Both the position numbers and the translations under genes were made by a program. From the NCBI GenBank assembly GCA_973895155.1, contig OZ316892.1, positions 4,982,510 to 5,046,509 on the forward strand: a stretch of DNA of 64,000 nucleotides, in the 5' to 3' direction. Under the pieces are notes generated by a model. It ran no database searches and was not told the origin of the DNA. It was given only the letters and a program-made list of their open reading frames with translations. The stretch is from Marsupella aquatica (Eukaryota; Plantae; Marchantiophyta). Every line of letters begins with the position of its first letter. Within the stretch, counting starts at the first letter, position 1. Below, in pieces: positions 16,696 to 30,690 of the stretch.

Positions 16696-19600
16696 TTATT
16701 GAGGGAGCACAGGGAAATCCCGCTCATTTGCTCGCCTGTAAAGAATTGTCGAAGCTTCCAACCTGCAGCCGTATTGTAGAAGATTAGATAACTAATCTTT
16801 TGAGATGCAATTAACCAGGAGTGACCCAATGAAAAAACCTGACGAGGTCTACGAAGGATCGCTAACACTAGACATACCATGCTGGACGAACAACGGATCG
16901 TCCGGTTTCAAGGGCCCAATTCACCTGCACAAAGTGAAGCGTTAGTGAGCTTCAAAGCTGATTGGCCATTCCTTCTCCAAAACGGTCTCCTTCAAATGGA
17001 CTATTTCTTCCATGGTGATTTGCACACCTATAGGTGACATGGTGCCCGGGGCACTAAACCCTCTTCATAAAAAGAGAATGTTGCCAGAACTCACCTTGTC
17101 TGTCCCAAAGGAAATGGCCACAACATGAGTGACCTGCTCATCAAGTCCGATGCTACAAATAGCCCCAAATTGTTCAGCCGTGCGCCACAGAGGATGACGA
17201 TGGGGCTCAGCTTCCCCCACAGGAAACACCCGGCTAAAGACCACTTTACACCCAGCTAAGACCTGTCGTTGCTGTGCCGCAAGAATTTCTCTCACATCTA
17301 CTTCCCTTAGCCTGGGATTCTTAAAAAAGTTCTCATGAATTCTGTCAATGACCTGATTCAACACCAATCCAGACAATACCTGATTAGAACTTTAGACTCT
17401 ACTAGGTATGCAAATATAATAAAAATCCCAAAAGAATACCAAAGCAGAGAAGTAATGAAAAGGTAAGGAGTGTTTGAAGAACAAACCCCGAGAGCTGATG
17501 CAAGCATGCCATCTGATTCTCGCTCATCATGCCCGACTTCTAATAGGGATGGACCTGCCAGCCCAAATTGGCGCCTACTACAAGGGAAGTACATATATCT
17601 GCAAGTAGCACACGTTCATAAGTCAAAGGTACACAAGTATAAACTTCAGAACTCTTCGGTAGGAGGACCATGCTTTTCAACGAATTTCTAGTAGCAAAGA
17701 GTGTGTATTAGATATTTACCGCTCAACAACAATCAAATTCTGACTGTGATGTGGCCAGACCCTGGCTGAATCATCAATGATAACCACAGCTGACTCCATT
17801 CCCAGAACTCCATCAAGATCTTTGCTCTTGGGCAACAGATCATCACCGTCACCATCATCACCTTTTGAAATGACTCGGCCAGCAAATAACTTGCCCGTAG
17901 GGTCCAGAAGCTTTGCCATCTCCGTGGCGTACACCTTGTTACCCATAGTATACACATGAAGCTCATAGAGCTGACTTGCCTGCAATTGAAAGTGTTAGTC
18001 ACCGAACACTTTCAAACAGCCATCAGATCCACAAAAATAATGGAATAACCAGACATCTTAGTCTGGAAATGCCACGTACCCTTGCAAGGAACTTCCAAAT
18101 GCCAGGGCGCAATTTTGTCCACATGCTCATGTGTGGAAATCGATAGAGCTCCCTTCTTTCCACACCGTCTCTAGCAGTCCTGTTCCTTTCTGCGGCTTCT
18201 GCCACCCGAAGCCTTTGATCCCACTCTGGTTCGATCTCCGAAAACTGAATTCCACCGGGGTCAATGCAAAACTGATTAACATCTTTTTGGTCAAACCCTT
18301 ACGACGCTATTCAATTCGAGACCAAAGGATCTGGAATTGCACGGAAAGAGAACCGACACATAAAGTAAGATCAATACCTTTGCAGAGTTCAACAGTGTGT
18401 GATCAAGGTCCAATACAAGACACAATTTTCCTGCACTGAACATACGATCTTGTTCTTCCATTCTCCGTTGTCTCTCCAGCTGCACTGATCGACGATCTTC
18501 GTCACTAAGGTCTCCGAGGAGCTGTTCCAGATGAGGATGCACTTGACTTGCACCCCATTGGCTAGGAGTTCCTTTAGGCTTCCGAGGCCCTACGATGGCA
18601 GCGCTAGACTTCTCTTTCGGGAGCTCTGGAAACTCCTGGGAAGTTGTCTCGCTCAGGAGAGAAATGACTTCCACATCTAAGGAATCATCGCCCACGCTTC
18701 CATTAGTAACAGGACCACCCTCAGAGCTTACAAGCTGCTCACCTGCAATCACTGGTGGGATTCCTGCTACACTGGTCAGTTTCTCCAGTAATTGAGAAGC
18801 ACGGTTTGCGCCCTGCTTGGGCGCCTGAATCATGTCCTTGTCATTCCAGCTGGGCACTTCAGCTGTGGCTCTTACCACTGGGCCAACTTCACCTGTTCGA
18901 GGAGCTACTGTCACCATACCATCAGCTGTTAGAGTGTCACCCAAGGAGCTCTCGCCTTTCTCCACATTACTCTCAAGAAAAGCTCTTCGAGGATCTCGAG
19001 CTTTCATTTTGCGTTGCCCGGTTTCGCCAGTCTGCATGGCAAGTTCACAGGCATTAAACATAATCATGACCACTTCGCAGAACCATCAATCGAGAGGATA
19101 TTGTCCCTGATCCTCTGCTCTATATATTGTGCACCTTGAAAAGATCACGAATGTTCTGCTACGCAATACTAAATCTAGGAAACCTATCAAGGGCATTCCG
19201 CAACGTTTCTTACTTGATGGCCCACATCCACTCTCTGCTGCTTGTTCATTGCCATGTTGCTCAAATTATCGGGGAAACCATCCACCTGGCCTTCTGCGTT
19301 GACCTTCGCATCAATTCCTAAACCGTTACTCCCTTCCAGGCCTGTGGATGGCCCGTCCTCTTCCACTTCCATAGAAATTGGTAGTTCCTCCACCGGTGTA
19401 AATGACGGAACAACATTATCATCCAACCAGCCACCTGTTCCTGACGCTCCATCTAAGCCGAAGCCGCTGACATCAAAATTGCTTTCAAGTTGACCTTTGA
19501 GGCGCTTTTGCATCCTCAAATCCTGTTTGTCATCAAAGTCAAGCCCAAGCCGTTTCTTATTTCCGTCAATTCCTGCTAGGTGTGTTTCTCCAAGAATCAG

Positions 19601-22600
19601 ATTAGGTCCAGGAATCACCTGAATATTCACTTGATCCATGCTACCCTTGTCTGACAAATCTACAGAATTGCTGTGGAATCGCCTCCTTGGGTCCCTGCTT
19701 CGAAAATTCCCTGCTGGCGGAAGAGAGGTTGGAAGAGAATTTGGAACAGATTTCAGGTTTTTGACAGATTCGGAATGATCCAAAGATCTCGCTGCTGACA
19801 ACATCGATTGATCTCCGGATGTCCCTTGCTGGAGTCTCGATTCCGATAGAGGACCAGGGCCATCAAGGCTTTGGCTCCTGATCAAATTGTGGATTGAACC
19901 AGGTAATAACATGGAGCCTAGGAGATTCCCGACTCCTTGAGACTGCGTTAGAACAGTAGACCCCTTAGTGCTCACATCAAGGGAGACCACTTTAGTTTGG
20001 AGGGAAGGTATTACAGGAGCGACTGGAGCGGGAGCAACCGGAGGATTATCGTCTTCATCTGGTGTTGGACTTGGCAGTCTTTCGGTGGAGTACATATCAG
20101 CATTGGCTCTGTTTCTCTGCTGATTTACATTCAACAGAAGTTCAGGAGGGTACGAAGGTGCAGTCCCACCTTTTTTATAAGGCAGTACCGCACTCATCTC
20201 TGGCCTAGAGGGCCACAATTTACTTTGGGCAGGCTCCTTCTTTACAATGAGGGTCTGACCGTATATGGACATGCCAGCCCCTGGTGGACTCAACGCTTCC
20301 CACTCATCCTCTAGAGTACTAAAAGTAGTGGTGGCTTTGGAATAGCCTGACGGAAGACTCAAATCCTCCTTTTTACCCTGGAGAATTGTGGAACCTTGGA
20401 GAGCAGGCACATCATGTGCCTTGGATTCCATCCCAAAGGAACCTCCATATCCATCTTGACCGTGTTTGATTGGTCGTTGTTCTGTGCCGTTCGATGGCTG
20501 GTATTTGCCTACAGGCAGGTTATATACACTGCTACTTGCCTGAAGAGGATTCACTCCTGGGTTGTTGAATTGGACATGAGCAGGACTTTCTGATAGATAT
20601 CCCCAGGGCTGTATCCCAGGAACAGATGTTCCGCTCGATCGGTTCTCGTAAGTACTACCAAATGAGGAATTTGCACGTGCTGCAGCTGAGCTCTGGGCAT
20701 AGGCAAGCGCTGCCGCAGCAATCGCTGCAGCTTCTTCTGCTTGTTTCGCATCCACTATACCCAGGATACGTCCTGCAATACTACTCTCTGAGCCGCTTTT
20801 AGCCTTTGAGCTTGCCGGTACTTCGGAACTTACTGCGCTGTCTCCCAAGGAATTGCTTGACTTTGAATCATTATCGTTGTTCTTCTGATTAGATGCAGGC
20901 TGAAATTGATGCTCTCGAGGATATTGCCCCTTTTCAGTAACACCATCTCTGACAAGACGTCCAGCATTAGCAATTGTTTGCATCATAACTTCCAGCTGCA
21001 GTCGTCATGAAGAGAGAATCGTTAGAATTGAGGTAGAAGGCCTTCGACCCATGACGATTGCGGTCGGCAGAAACAAGGATAATTATAGAAAAGCTACACA
21101 ACAAATGTTCCTCACCTCACGATTTTGCTTGGGAGTGAAAAGCTTCTGGCAGTAACCATTAGAAAGTTCCAATAATCTGTGGAGGAGACACATCACCAAT
21201 TAGCAAGTGCCAATGCTGTTAATCACGGGAATCAAGTTGACATAAACTGAGGGAGAAGCGTAGAACTGGGCTCTAGCCTCAACAAACCTAGGAAAACTGT
21301 TTTTGTCCCGCTCCTGTTCTCTTCCACTGGCTGTGTTACGAACCTGCACGAAGGCAGAAACTCGGTTATTCAGCGATCAGGGCATTCGGTGAAGTATCTC
21401 AGGCATTTTGTTTCATCTAATGAGAACCGGAAGAGAAATTGGATTCGACCCGCCTCCTTTCTTTTAAGAACATGGGGCACTACTTACAGCATACAAAGCC
21501 CGGATTCCAGAGAAGATTTGTCTAGTGAGGGCAGTAATGTCACGGGAGAGTCTCTCCGGCCGCCCATCCTGCAGTCCAGCTTGTCTTGATGGTGGTATGT
21601 AGACCTCATCCAGAATCCTCAAGGTTTTATGAAGACGGTTACAAACGTCAACAAAGGATCTGCACAAGAAACAGAGCCCTTAATGCTTCTATCTTCGACA
21701 AAAGCTCCGTCTGCGAAGAAAGGGTGCCAGCCCATTGCAAAAGCCCCCACTTGGGTTTGTTTGGACATGACATTCAGGCTCATGAAGGAACAGGATTACC
21801 ACGACCAATCAACGAAAAAAAATCTCAACTCACTTTTGCGCATCCTTTACTGTCACGTTCTTCACCAGGTCACCTGCCACAGCCAAACGCTTCTCTCTGT
21901 GGAATTCCTGAGATTTTACTAGTCGGTGCTTACGGGAGGAGAAGTCATCAATCTGAGACCGCGATTGCGATTTCGTGGAGATGGATCTGGCATACTTCTT
22001 ATCCTTCGGCCAGTAATCCCCTACCTTATTACCACTATACTTATTTAGCTGCCGATTTGGGTTGGGTGGTTCCTTGGGAGGGGAAGCAGATTTCTCGACA
22101 GGTAAAGAGCCCGCAGGCAGTTCAATTTCTCCCTCTTCCAGCTCTCCTTCTTCCCGGTCTTCATTTTCACCATTTTCCTCACCATTCTGTCCCCCCAGCT
22201 CAGCAGCCTCAGAGGGGCTTCTGATATCCTCCACTTCATCCAGTCGTCCATTTGGACTATCAGACTCCGAACGTTGCTTCCTCCAGCGTCCACCTTCACC
22301 GTCAGAATGTCCTCTGTGAAAATCATCGTCGGTCAATCCTCCTCTTCTCTCATTCTTCTCAATCCTGCTTTTCACAGTCACAAACCTTTCGGTCCTCCCA
22401 GACCACGAAGTCTCCCGGATTATTCTCCTTCCTTTGCCAGTTCCATCCCTCTCAGACGATGCCCTCTCTAATGCTCTGCTGCCGTTCTCCCTCAATGGCG
22501 ACATATCATCTCGATCCTCCAAAGACCTTCCAAGAGGCCTCCCATACAAATCACGGCCGTATTCATTGGCCAGCTTCTTCATGTTTTCCAGCGATGACCA

Positions 22601-23155
22601 GGAACCCAAGCCACCAGATCCGGATGATGACAATCCATCGCTGGAGACCTTCGAGGTTGGGCTAATGGTGGGAGAGTCTCCTGCAGATGGGCTGAAGCTA
22701 GGGCGACCGGAAACTGCCTGGGCCCATGCAAAATTATACAGGTTTGAGCCATAAGCACCCCAATCGTTCCTTGTACAAGAACTACCACCCTCTTCTTCAT
22801 TAGGGATGTCCAACTCTCGTCTTCCTGCTGCAAATGTATCTCGTTTCCTGGTGTGGTCCCCATAGGCTGCTCTGAACTCACTACCAGTATTACCTATTTC
22901 TATTAATTCATCGAGCCCAACTCGTCTGCGTAGCGCAGGATTTGGGTCTCGTTCAGGTGATGATTGAGGGGACGCTACAGTTGGGTGCGCTGCTTCTACT
23001 TCTGGTTTAACGGCCTCATCGACCTCCACTCGCGAAGAAGCCTCCACTAGTTCTTCACCCCCTGAAGAACGAGGCAGAGGTTCTTCATCGGATATCTCTC
23101 CTTCCTCGTGCTCTTCCCCTTCTTCCTCTTTGTGACTAATGGCATTTTCTGCCAT
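16696..23155 (-). CDS. CPL3: RNA polymerase II CTD phosphatase-like 3 (FCP1 homology domain + BRCT), multi-exon
   Basis: N-terminal EEGELEEGEI; RDPR motifs; LCLVLDLDHTLLNSAK catalytic DxDxT; KLRPG; YTMGNKVYATEMAK; IIDDS..VW; BRCT exons (LAGCKVVFSRVFP...VTHVVA...TDKVNWA); final exon LEASTILYRRANERDFPVLPQ*. Confidence 0.93.
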
Positions 23156-25128
23156 GGCTGTAGGGGAGGTCTAGGGGCACAGAAAGAGAGACACAGAGAG
23201 CGTCGGAGGATGGGGATCGGCGGCTTTGCAGATGGCTGGCTCTTCCAGTAACAGATCGGCGGCCAAACAGAAAGCTACCACATTTTTTTTCTTTCGTTCT
23301 GCCGCTTCACGATTCTCCAGATGCTCTCCGACGCACGTTCCTCATACCTCCTTGCTTCCTTCGGTGAAGTCAAGACCCTTCCAGTCATTCAGTAGGTTTA
23401 TACACCGGACCGCAAGTAAGAAGGCTAGCTTGCCAGAGATGTCGTCCTCTCTACTGATCTCTAATCAGTCGGCTGGACCTCAGGCTTTATCCATTAGAGC
23501 ATCATATAACACCATGGCTGCTTAACAAGTCACATTCATTGATTAGAGGGTCGGTTAGCCTCGATAGATCCAAGCCCCCAGCTGGCTACATGAACCCTCG
23601 AGGACATGGGCATTGCTTATCCTCCAGGGTATTCTGAAGCCGGTAGCCTATGCATGGTCTGTGGCATATGGCACAATCTCAATGTAGTGGACAAAATGGC
23701 CTAAAATGCCCTAATCAGAGGCGCCCAAAACCTAAAAATGCAGGATCCCACTTGCCAATACCTTCCTCAGCCTGTCCGATCTTTCGACGAATAGAGAGCG
23801 TCAGCTACAAAGTGTAATGGTAAAAATGCCCGTAAGAGAACCCAAAGGCAACAGTCTGAAAGAAAAACATCACTCCTCCTCTGCTGGCTATCATTGTGCG
23901 CTTGTGGCAAAACTCTCCAGTGTCGTAAAACAAGGTCTGCTAGTAGAAGAAGAAGCGAGGCGAAAAAGGTTTGATGAGGTGCAGATAATCGAAGTCTCCT
24001 CCAAGTGGAGTAAAGACGAATGCCGAGGCGCTGACCCTGCCCAAGAGAGAAGGCGGGCGACCGCAACTTGTGTGGCAAGCCAGGCAGACGGCAAGGAGGG
24101 GTTGGAAAATGAAGGCAACCGGGTTGCGTACCAAACTGTACCACGGCTCGTTCGTGGAAAGTAAGGGCAAGGAACGGAGAAAAGCCACTGATCTGCCGTA
24201 GCAGAAGAACAGCGTAGTCGGCACACCCGAGGCAGGCACGCAAGGCAGAATGAATGGCTGGCCTCCAGGATTACGGACATGTGCGAGGAGACAGGAGACT
24301 TTCTGCAACACCGCCGCACCAGAGGGAAACACCACCGCAGGACACGAGGGAAAGAGAGAATGGGGAATGAGAGAAAACCGAGCCTTAAAAGATGACAGCA
24401 CACCAAGATCAAGAGGAAGGGCATCAGACCATAACACGGAAAGAGAGACACGCCCAGAGAGAGAGAGAGACAAAAGTCACCAAAGATGATGATGCTGCAG
24501 AAAACACTAAGAGGGTGGACCGAGCACGGCAGGGGGACAGAAAAAGGGGGCGGATCGATCGATCGACCTCCGATCTCGAGGAAGACAGGATCCAGAACAA
24601 GACGGACACCACACCAAAAGAACAGTTGTGACAGACAATCAATCAAACAATCAATCAATCAAACAGAAACAAAACGGAGGAGCATTCAAATGCAAATAAA
24701 GTCAAACAGAGTTTTGACACGCAACAAAGACACAGAGAGATTGGAAGCCCCCCCCTCCTGTCTAAAACGACATCCGTAGTACAAAAACTAACCAGAGAGA
24801 GACAGCCACACAGACAGAAACACAGACAGAACCATCAGATCACCAGAGAGACAAGTCAGCAGCGAGCAGAGGAACTACATCGACGACATGACATCATGCT
24901 GTACGAATGCCGCCGAAACGAAGCGCCAGAGGCCCAACGAGGGTGTAGGCAGAAGAAACTACGTCCATGGCGGGAGCACGGGTTTTGGAACAGAGCAGAG
25001 CCCAGAATTTACAGTGAGAGACGAGGTCTCCAATATTTGATTGATCTCGAATCCCTAAAACATGGCAGGCAACAGCAACACGGCCATGTTGCGTTTCTTC
25101 TTCCGTGACTAAAGACTGCGAATCTACG

Positions 25129-25300
25129 ATGATGATGATACCAAAAGTCTCAAACCACCTCTTTTTTGTCTTTCTCTATTCTTTTCTCCTCTCTTCTCCT
25201 CTCTCAATGATTATGCCAAAAGTCTCAAACCTACTCTAAACTCTATTATGTGAATCTACTATATCGATGATTATGCCACAAGTCTCAAACCTACTCTAAA
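25129..25300. repeat. Three short diverged direct repeats
   Basis: atgattatgcca(a/c)aagtctcaaacc at ~25133, ~25207 and ~25267. Confidence 0.8.
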
Positions 25301-25317
25301 AATTGAACTCTGAAATT

Positions 25318-25935
25318 TCTATTATATTAAATTTTATTGTGTTAATATGAAATATTAGGGTTTGTGTTTTCTTGTTGGTCTTGTCTCCTCCTTGTCTAGT
25401 TACCTTGCAGGTGAAAAACTAAAAATTATTTTAATACTCATAATTATCAAATTATAAACCCAAAACTCCCATAGACTATCGGAGTGCTATGTCCAACATG
25501 GAGGTCCATCTGGGCAAAAAAATGCTCCATGGACCACAACATTGGTCTTTGATAACCCCCCTAACCACATTTTCCAAAATTTGAGTTGAATTGTAATAAC
25601 TTGATGTTCATAACTTCAAATATTATTTAATTTTGAGTATGTGCTAGAGGAGTAGGTAGGCTACACTTCCATCAAAATGAGAGTGAATTTTTGGCCATTT
25701 TGATTGAGTTATTCATCATGGAAAGTATATGTATAAATTCTATTAGATTAATTTTCATTGTGTTCATGTGAAATATCAGGACTTGTTTTTCCATGTCTCC
25801 TCTTCCTCTAGTTAGCTTGCAAATGAAAAACAAAAAGCTATCTTAATACTCATAATCATCAAGTTATAAGCCCCGAACTGCCATGGACCACCAAATAGTG
25901 CTCCACTGGAGCACCTAGTTGAACATGGAGGACCA
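25318..25935. repeat. Diverged ~190-bp direct duplication (25318-25510 and 25738-25935)
   Basis: Shared tctatta..ttaa.ttt..attgtgtt.at.tgaaatat..gg and ttaatactcataat.atcaa.ttataa.ccc blocks. Confidence 0.75.
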
Positions 25936-25961
25936 TCCGTATTTCACTTTCCCTTCTTTTT

Positions 25962-26177
25962 CTCTTTATTCTTTTCTCCTTTCTTCTACTCTCTTGTGTG
26001 ATTCTTACAATATGGAGGCTCCACATTCAAGTTCAAAGTCTCTGCCAAAAGATGTTGCTTCACTTTTCCTTTTTTTTTTTCTCGTTATTCTTTTCTCCTT
26101 TCTTCTACGCTCTTGTGTGAGTCTTACAATATGGAGGCTCCACATTCAAGTTCAAAGTCTCTGCCAAAAGATGTTGA
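25962..26177. repeat. Tandem duplication, 2 x ~119 bp
   Basis: ttattcttttctcc...tcttacaatatggaggctccacattcaagttcaaagtctctgccaaaagatgttg occurs twice. Confidence 0.92.
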
Positions 26178-26563
26178 TTGTAGGGCTTGGTTGATACTCG
26201 ACAGGGAATATGTGCAATTGGACTTTTGCAAGGTTTCCTAAGCAGCTCAACTACCCCAAAAAATCCAATCAAATGCACAATTGCATTACAGTTCATATTC
26301 TTTTGTATGTAACATCATTTCTACTATGTTACCAAGTGAAACCCTTTTATTTTTTTCCAACGCAATGTGCATTCACGAATAACAACTACTTTTAAAAGCA
26401 CAAAATATGTTTGGGTTGGACTGTTGCCAAGCACTAGGGTATTCTCTCTTTGTATGTTTCCCTATCTACCTACTCCTACACCCCTTCCCGCCAATACCAA
26501 TACCATCTGTAGTCTTGACATCCCAGCAGTGGACTTCATCTGCTATTATAACTTTCAATAGCA

Positions 26564-27242
26564 TGGACCAGCTAGGAATTGAAGGTAGGACCTCTCTTGT
26601 ACATTGTCGTGCTCTACCACAAAGATACAGACCCTTCTTGCCAAGTGTGGTTCATTTTCCAGCACCTCCCTTGAGCCACACTTGCTTCAAGAGAAGTTTG
26701 TATTTTTTGGCTCGGATACCATGTGGACTTTTAAACAACATGGATCGGCTCGGAATTGAACATAGGACCTCCTATGTACATCTTAGTGCTCTTCCACTGA
26801 GATACAGGTCATTCATGCCTGCATCCATCATCAATTGAAGTGTGGTTCAGTTCTAACACCCTCCCTTGAGCCACACTCACTTCCAGTAAAATTCCTGATT
26901 TTTGGCTCTGTTACCATGTTGGAACTTTCAAGTTAGAAGTTCATTTCTAACACCCTACCTTGAGTCACACTCACATCAAGGGAAATGGAACTTTCAAGTT
27001 AGTGGTTCATTTGTAACACCCTCTCTTGACTCATTTCAAGGGAAATTGGAACTTTCAAGTTAGTGGTTCATTTGTAACACCATCCCCTTGAGCCACATTC
27101 ATTTCAAAGGAAATTCCTGATCTTTGGCTTGGTTACCATGTTGGGAACTTTCAAGTTAGTGTTTGACAGCATGGACAGGCTAGGGATTGAAGCTATGACC
27201 TCCAGTGTACATCATAGTGCTCTACCAGTGAGCTACAAGCCC
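26564..27242 (-). pseudogene. Three tRNA-derived (pseudo-tRNA or SINE-head) copies within a tandem array: 26564-26634, 26741-26811, 27172-27242
   Basis: Minus-strand consensus GGGCCTG-TA-GCTCAGTGGTAGAGC-A-...ATGTACA...GAGGTC-CTAGG-TTCAATC-CCTAG-CNGGTCC-A, 71 nt, with A box, B box and D/T arms; anticodon stem does not pair. Confidence 0.75.
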
Positions 27243-27990
27243 TTCATTCCTGCATCCATCATCAGTTTGAGTGTGGTTCATTTCCAGCATTTCCCTCTCC
27301 CTAGAAAATTCAAAAGTCCTCACTCTACAAAAGTTGTCCATAGAGTCGTTCTCTACTCCAACTTTGTATCATCAATTCAAAATCACAGTGGCATTGTGAA
27401 ATATCGACTGTCTCAGAAATGTAAACGGTAACTCTTTGAAAAACAAATAGAGCCTCTTTCTACAGGCCAAGTTTCTATCATCACCTCGAAATCTAGTGGC
27501 GATGTTGAGAAAAATGAAATCATCCACCAGTCAGTTGTTCATTGTGGTGTCTAGTGTCTCGAACATCACAAAGTAATTTTGAGAGATGAATATCTGAGAA
27601 TGCCAGATTTGAGGTTTCGGAGGTTGTTATAAGACATTTCATCTCACTGTCTCCAAAAATGGATTTCTACTCGAAATTAGACAGATTTCAGAGCCTCAGA
27701 AAAGACTGCCAGATGTACTTTCCCTTGACATACCATAGTACTAACATTATTGAGGGACTGAAACTCCAGATGTTTCTCCGAGAGAGCTAATTGAGCTCTA
27801 TGACAAAGTAAAGGTGGGCCCCCGTGAAAGGAAAACTTTGGCTACTGCATGACTGTTTGCGCGAAGTGCAAACTATACTACAAGTCTTCTCCAGACCCTT
27901 CGAATGAGAATTCTTTTAAGGTAGCAGTTATGCAGACCTCGCGAACCAAATGCCAATTGCACATCCGTGTACAAGACTCAGTCAGATGTA

Positions 27991-29134
27991 TCATCGATGG
28001 ATAGGAACATGACTGGGAGTGTCATCCTCTTCAATTATGACTGGAACCTCGTAATTGTCTGATGCCTCCCACGGCTTCCATTCTGCGGCAAAAAAAAAAG
28101 GTCCAATGAATCACTGCACAACAGTCTTCTATGACAAGAGCAGGACATCTTATGCTTGCAGAAATTCCAAACTGCAACTATCCCAGAAGGCAGTACAAAA
28201 AGGGCTTGTGACAATCTGGTTTCGTCACAAAACCAGAGATATTTCTCGAATGCTCAGCGCTGTCTTCAATTCTCGTCTAATAGCTAAGGTGCAGCTATTC
28301 TCGACTAGGCAGCTCACAAAAGAATGCCATCCGCCAAAGTAGGAAAAGATCTAATACGGTCCTAGGTAGCTGTTCAGAATTGTGCTAAATTTGCAATTCA
28401 CTCGAATTCCATCTATGGAGGATGCCGGGTCCCTCCATCAAAGCTGAAATCAAGCGTGTTAACAAATCGGTAAATTTGAATTCTCTAAAAATCTGTACTC
28501 TTTGAAAACGTGGACAAAGACAAGGAAACACTAGGATCCACAAGAGGCAAGGGGCTCTGGGAAGCAAAGAATAGATGACAGGGAAGAACCAAAAATGTGG
28601 GAGGCAACATTATGATAAAAAGGTTTTCCTCTGGCACAGAGTGCACCTTGCAGGCCAGAGCTACTCCCCTAATTCTCTCTAAATTGCTTCTCACAAAACA
28701 TTTCACAGACCATTGCACTCTAATCGGATCTGATCTCTTGAAAACACACTGCTATAACCTCGCAATACAAAAATTAGAACTGGTCTCGCTGTAAGTTCAG
28801 ATTTAACAAAAAAGCACCCACCAGCCATTTTAGGGATCAGGAGAAGCTCATCCTTTGCCTGTTCGATGACCTGCTCCACTTGGCCAGCCCCGAGCTTGGC
28901 TTCAATTTCTCCCCAATCCTTCGACTCCTCGACGACCTTCAGCCGGTGCCGAGAGATCTCCTCCACCGTCTTTCTGTACTGAGCGGTCTCCGGAATTGTC
29001 TGCACGACATCCAGCGTCTTATTGTAGAGTCCGATCAATACCTCTCTCGCATTGGGCTCCACGTTCAACCCGGTGATTCCAGTCGATTCCTTGACTTTGG
29101 AAAGCAACAGCCCTCCAAACCTCCTCAGAAACAT
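27991..29134 (-). CDS. NDUFA5: NADH:ubiquinone oxidoreductase subunit A5 (B13), two coding exons (~29134-28822 and ~28082-27991)
   Basis: KESTGITGLNVEPNAREVLIGLY...IPETAQYRKTVE...IEAKLGAGQVEQVIEQAKDELLLIPKM spliced to EWKPWEASDNYEVPVIIEEDDTPSHVPIHR*. Confidence 0.93.
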
Positions 29135-29627
29135 GGCTCCCTAATTCCTCGACCTCTCCCAAACTGCTAGAATCAAAGAGAATCGCTCGACGTACGCATG
29201 TCACTTCGTGAGACAGCCTTCAATTCAACAGGCCATCAAAAACTCTAATAAACCACAATGATAGTCGCAAAGTCTATGCTTCACGCATTCATTCAATCAC
29301 AAAAATCGGGCCACCACAATGAGCGACCGAGACGGCAGACTCTAATAAACCCAAAGACGAAACCAAGAAAATCCACAGAACACATTGAACAAAAGCCGAC
29401 CCACAAAGGCCATACGAAGAAAAGAGACTCGATGACGAACCGTTCTAAAGAGACCAACACTCAATGAAGACTCAGAAGAACACACAAACCATCACGCCAT
29501 GCAAAGAGAGCAAGGATCAGAGCAATACCCTGATTGAGGACAACGATCTGTTCCCGATCAGCTCTGTAGTTTGTTGGGGTTGCACGCAGTGGAGAGTGAG
29601 ACTAAGTTTCGGAAAAGGAATGAGAGT

Positions 29628-30145
29628 ATTCTTCTTTGTCAATTCGCTCGAAAGTCGAAAGCCCTCCTACTTAGAAGGTGTTTTTTCGTTTTAGGCATGG
29701 TGGCCTGAAGGAGAAGATGCTAAGATTATTTATTCTTTAATTTTCCTTCTTCTTTTCTCTTTTTGTCTTTTAAGGGAAATGAGTAAAGAACCAGAATAGT
29801 GACATACATTCTCAGTAGTCTTCTTTGTCAATTCGCTCTAAAGTCGAAAGCCCTCCTACTTTTAAGGTTTTCTTCATTTTAGGCAGGGTGACCTGAAGGA
29901 GAAGATGCTAAGATTATTTATTCTTTAGTTTTCCTTCTTTTTTTCACTTTTTGTCTTTCAACTGAAAGGAGTAAGAACCACAATAGTGACATACATTCTC
30001 AGTAGTCTTCTTTGTCAATCCGCTCGAAAGTAGAAATCCCTCAAGATTTTTTCCGTTCTAGGCAGGGTGGTCTGAAGGAGAAGATGCTAAGATAATTTTT
30101 TCTTTAATTTTCCTTCAATTTTCCCTTTTTGTTTTTAACTGGAAT
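29628..30145. repeat. Three tandem copies of a ~187-bp unit upstream of NDUFA5
   Basis: tcttctttgtcaat.cgctc.aaagt and ctgaaggagaagatgctaagat at ~29630, ~29818 and ~30006. Confidence 0.92.
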
Positions 30146-30159
30146 GAGGTAGACCATTT

Positions 30160-30690
30160 AGTAGACTCTCCCCACCACAATGGTGACACTCATTGCTCGT
30201 GATAGGGAACCCATTTCACAATGAGCCCCCACGGGTAAGTCCCCTTTCTTTTCACAAGTAGTACAAATGAATTCCAATCTAACCCACATAAGGTTTGAGT
30301 GACCATGATTTTTTCTTCCTAGAGTCCTATTGCCAATCCTACCTTAAATTTCTTCTTTGTCTTGGACTGAAATGAAGAAGAACACTTGGTAGATTCTCCC
30401 CACCCCAATAGTGACACACATTAATTGCAGGGAACCCATTTCACGGTGAGCCCCCATGGATCCGTCCCCTTATTTTTTTGCAAATAGTACAAACAAATTC
30501 AAGTCTAGCCCATCTAAGGTTTGACCATTTTGCTCAATCATCCTGGAGTGCTATTGCCAATCCTACCTTAAATTTCTTTTTTGCCTTGAATAGAAATGAG
30601 GAAGAATGCTTAACCAGGACTCTCCCCACCCCAATGGTGACACATTCATTGTGGGGAACCCAGTTTAGGGTGAGCCCCATTGATCTGTCC
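30160..30690. repeat. Three diverged tandem copies of a ~230-bp unit
   Basis: ctccccacc.caat.gtgacac...gggaaccca.ttt...tgagcccc at ~30166, ~30396 and ~30622. Confidence 0.85.

Noticed and set aside
23767-24779. Several overlapping 100-255 aa ORFs
   Set aside because: Low-complexity translations of CT/GA-rich leader sequence with no recognisable domain
26564-27242. Functional tRNA-Tyr(GTA) genes
   Set aside because: Anticodon stems do not pair, acceptor and T stems carry mismatches, and the intron typical of plant nuclear tRNA-Tyr is absent
28597-28735. Alternative second exon of NDUFA5
   Set aside because: The translation lacks the conserved EWKPW motif, which is found in the exon at ~28082
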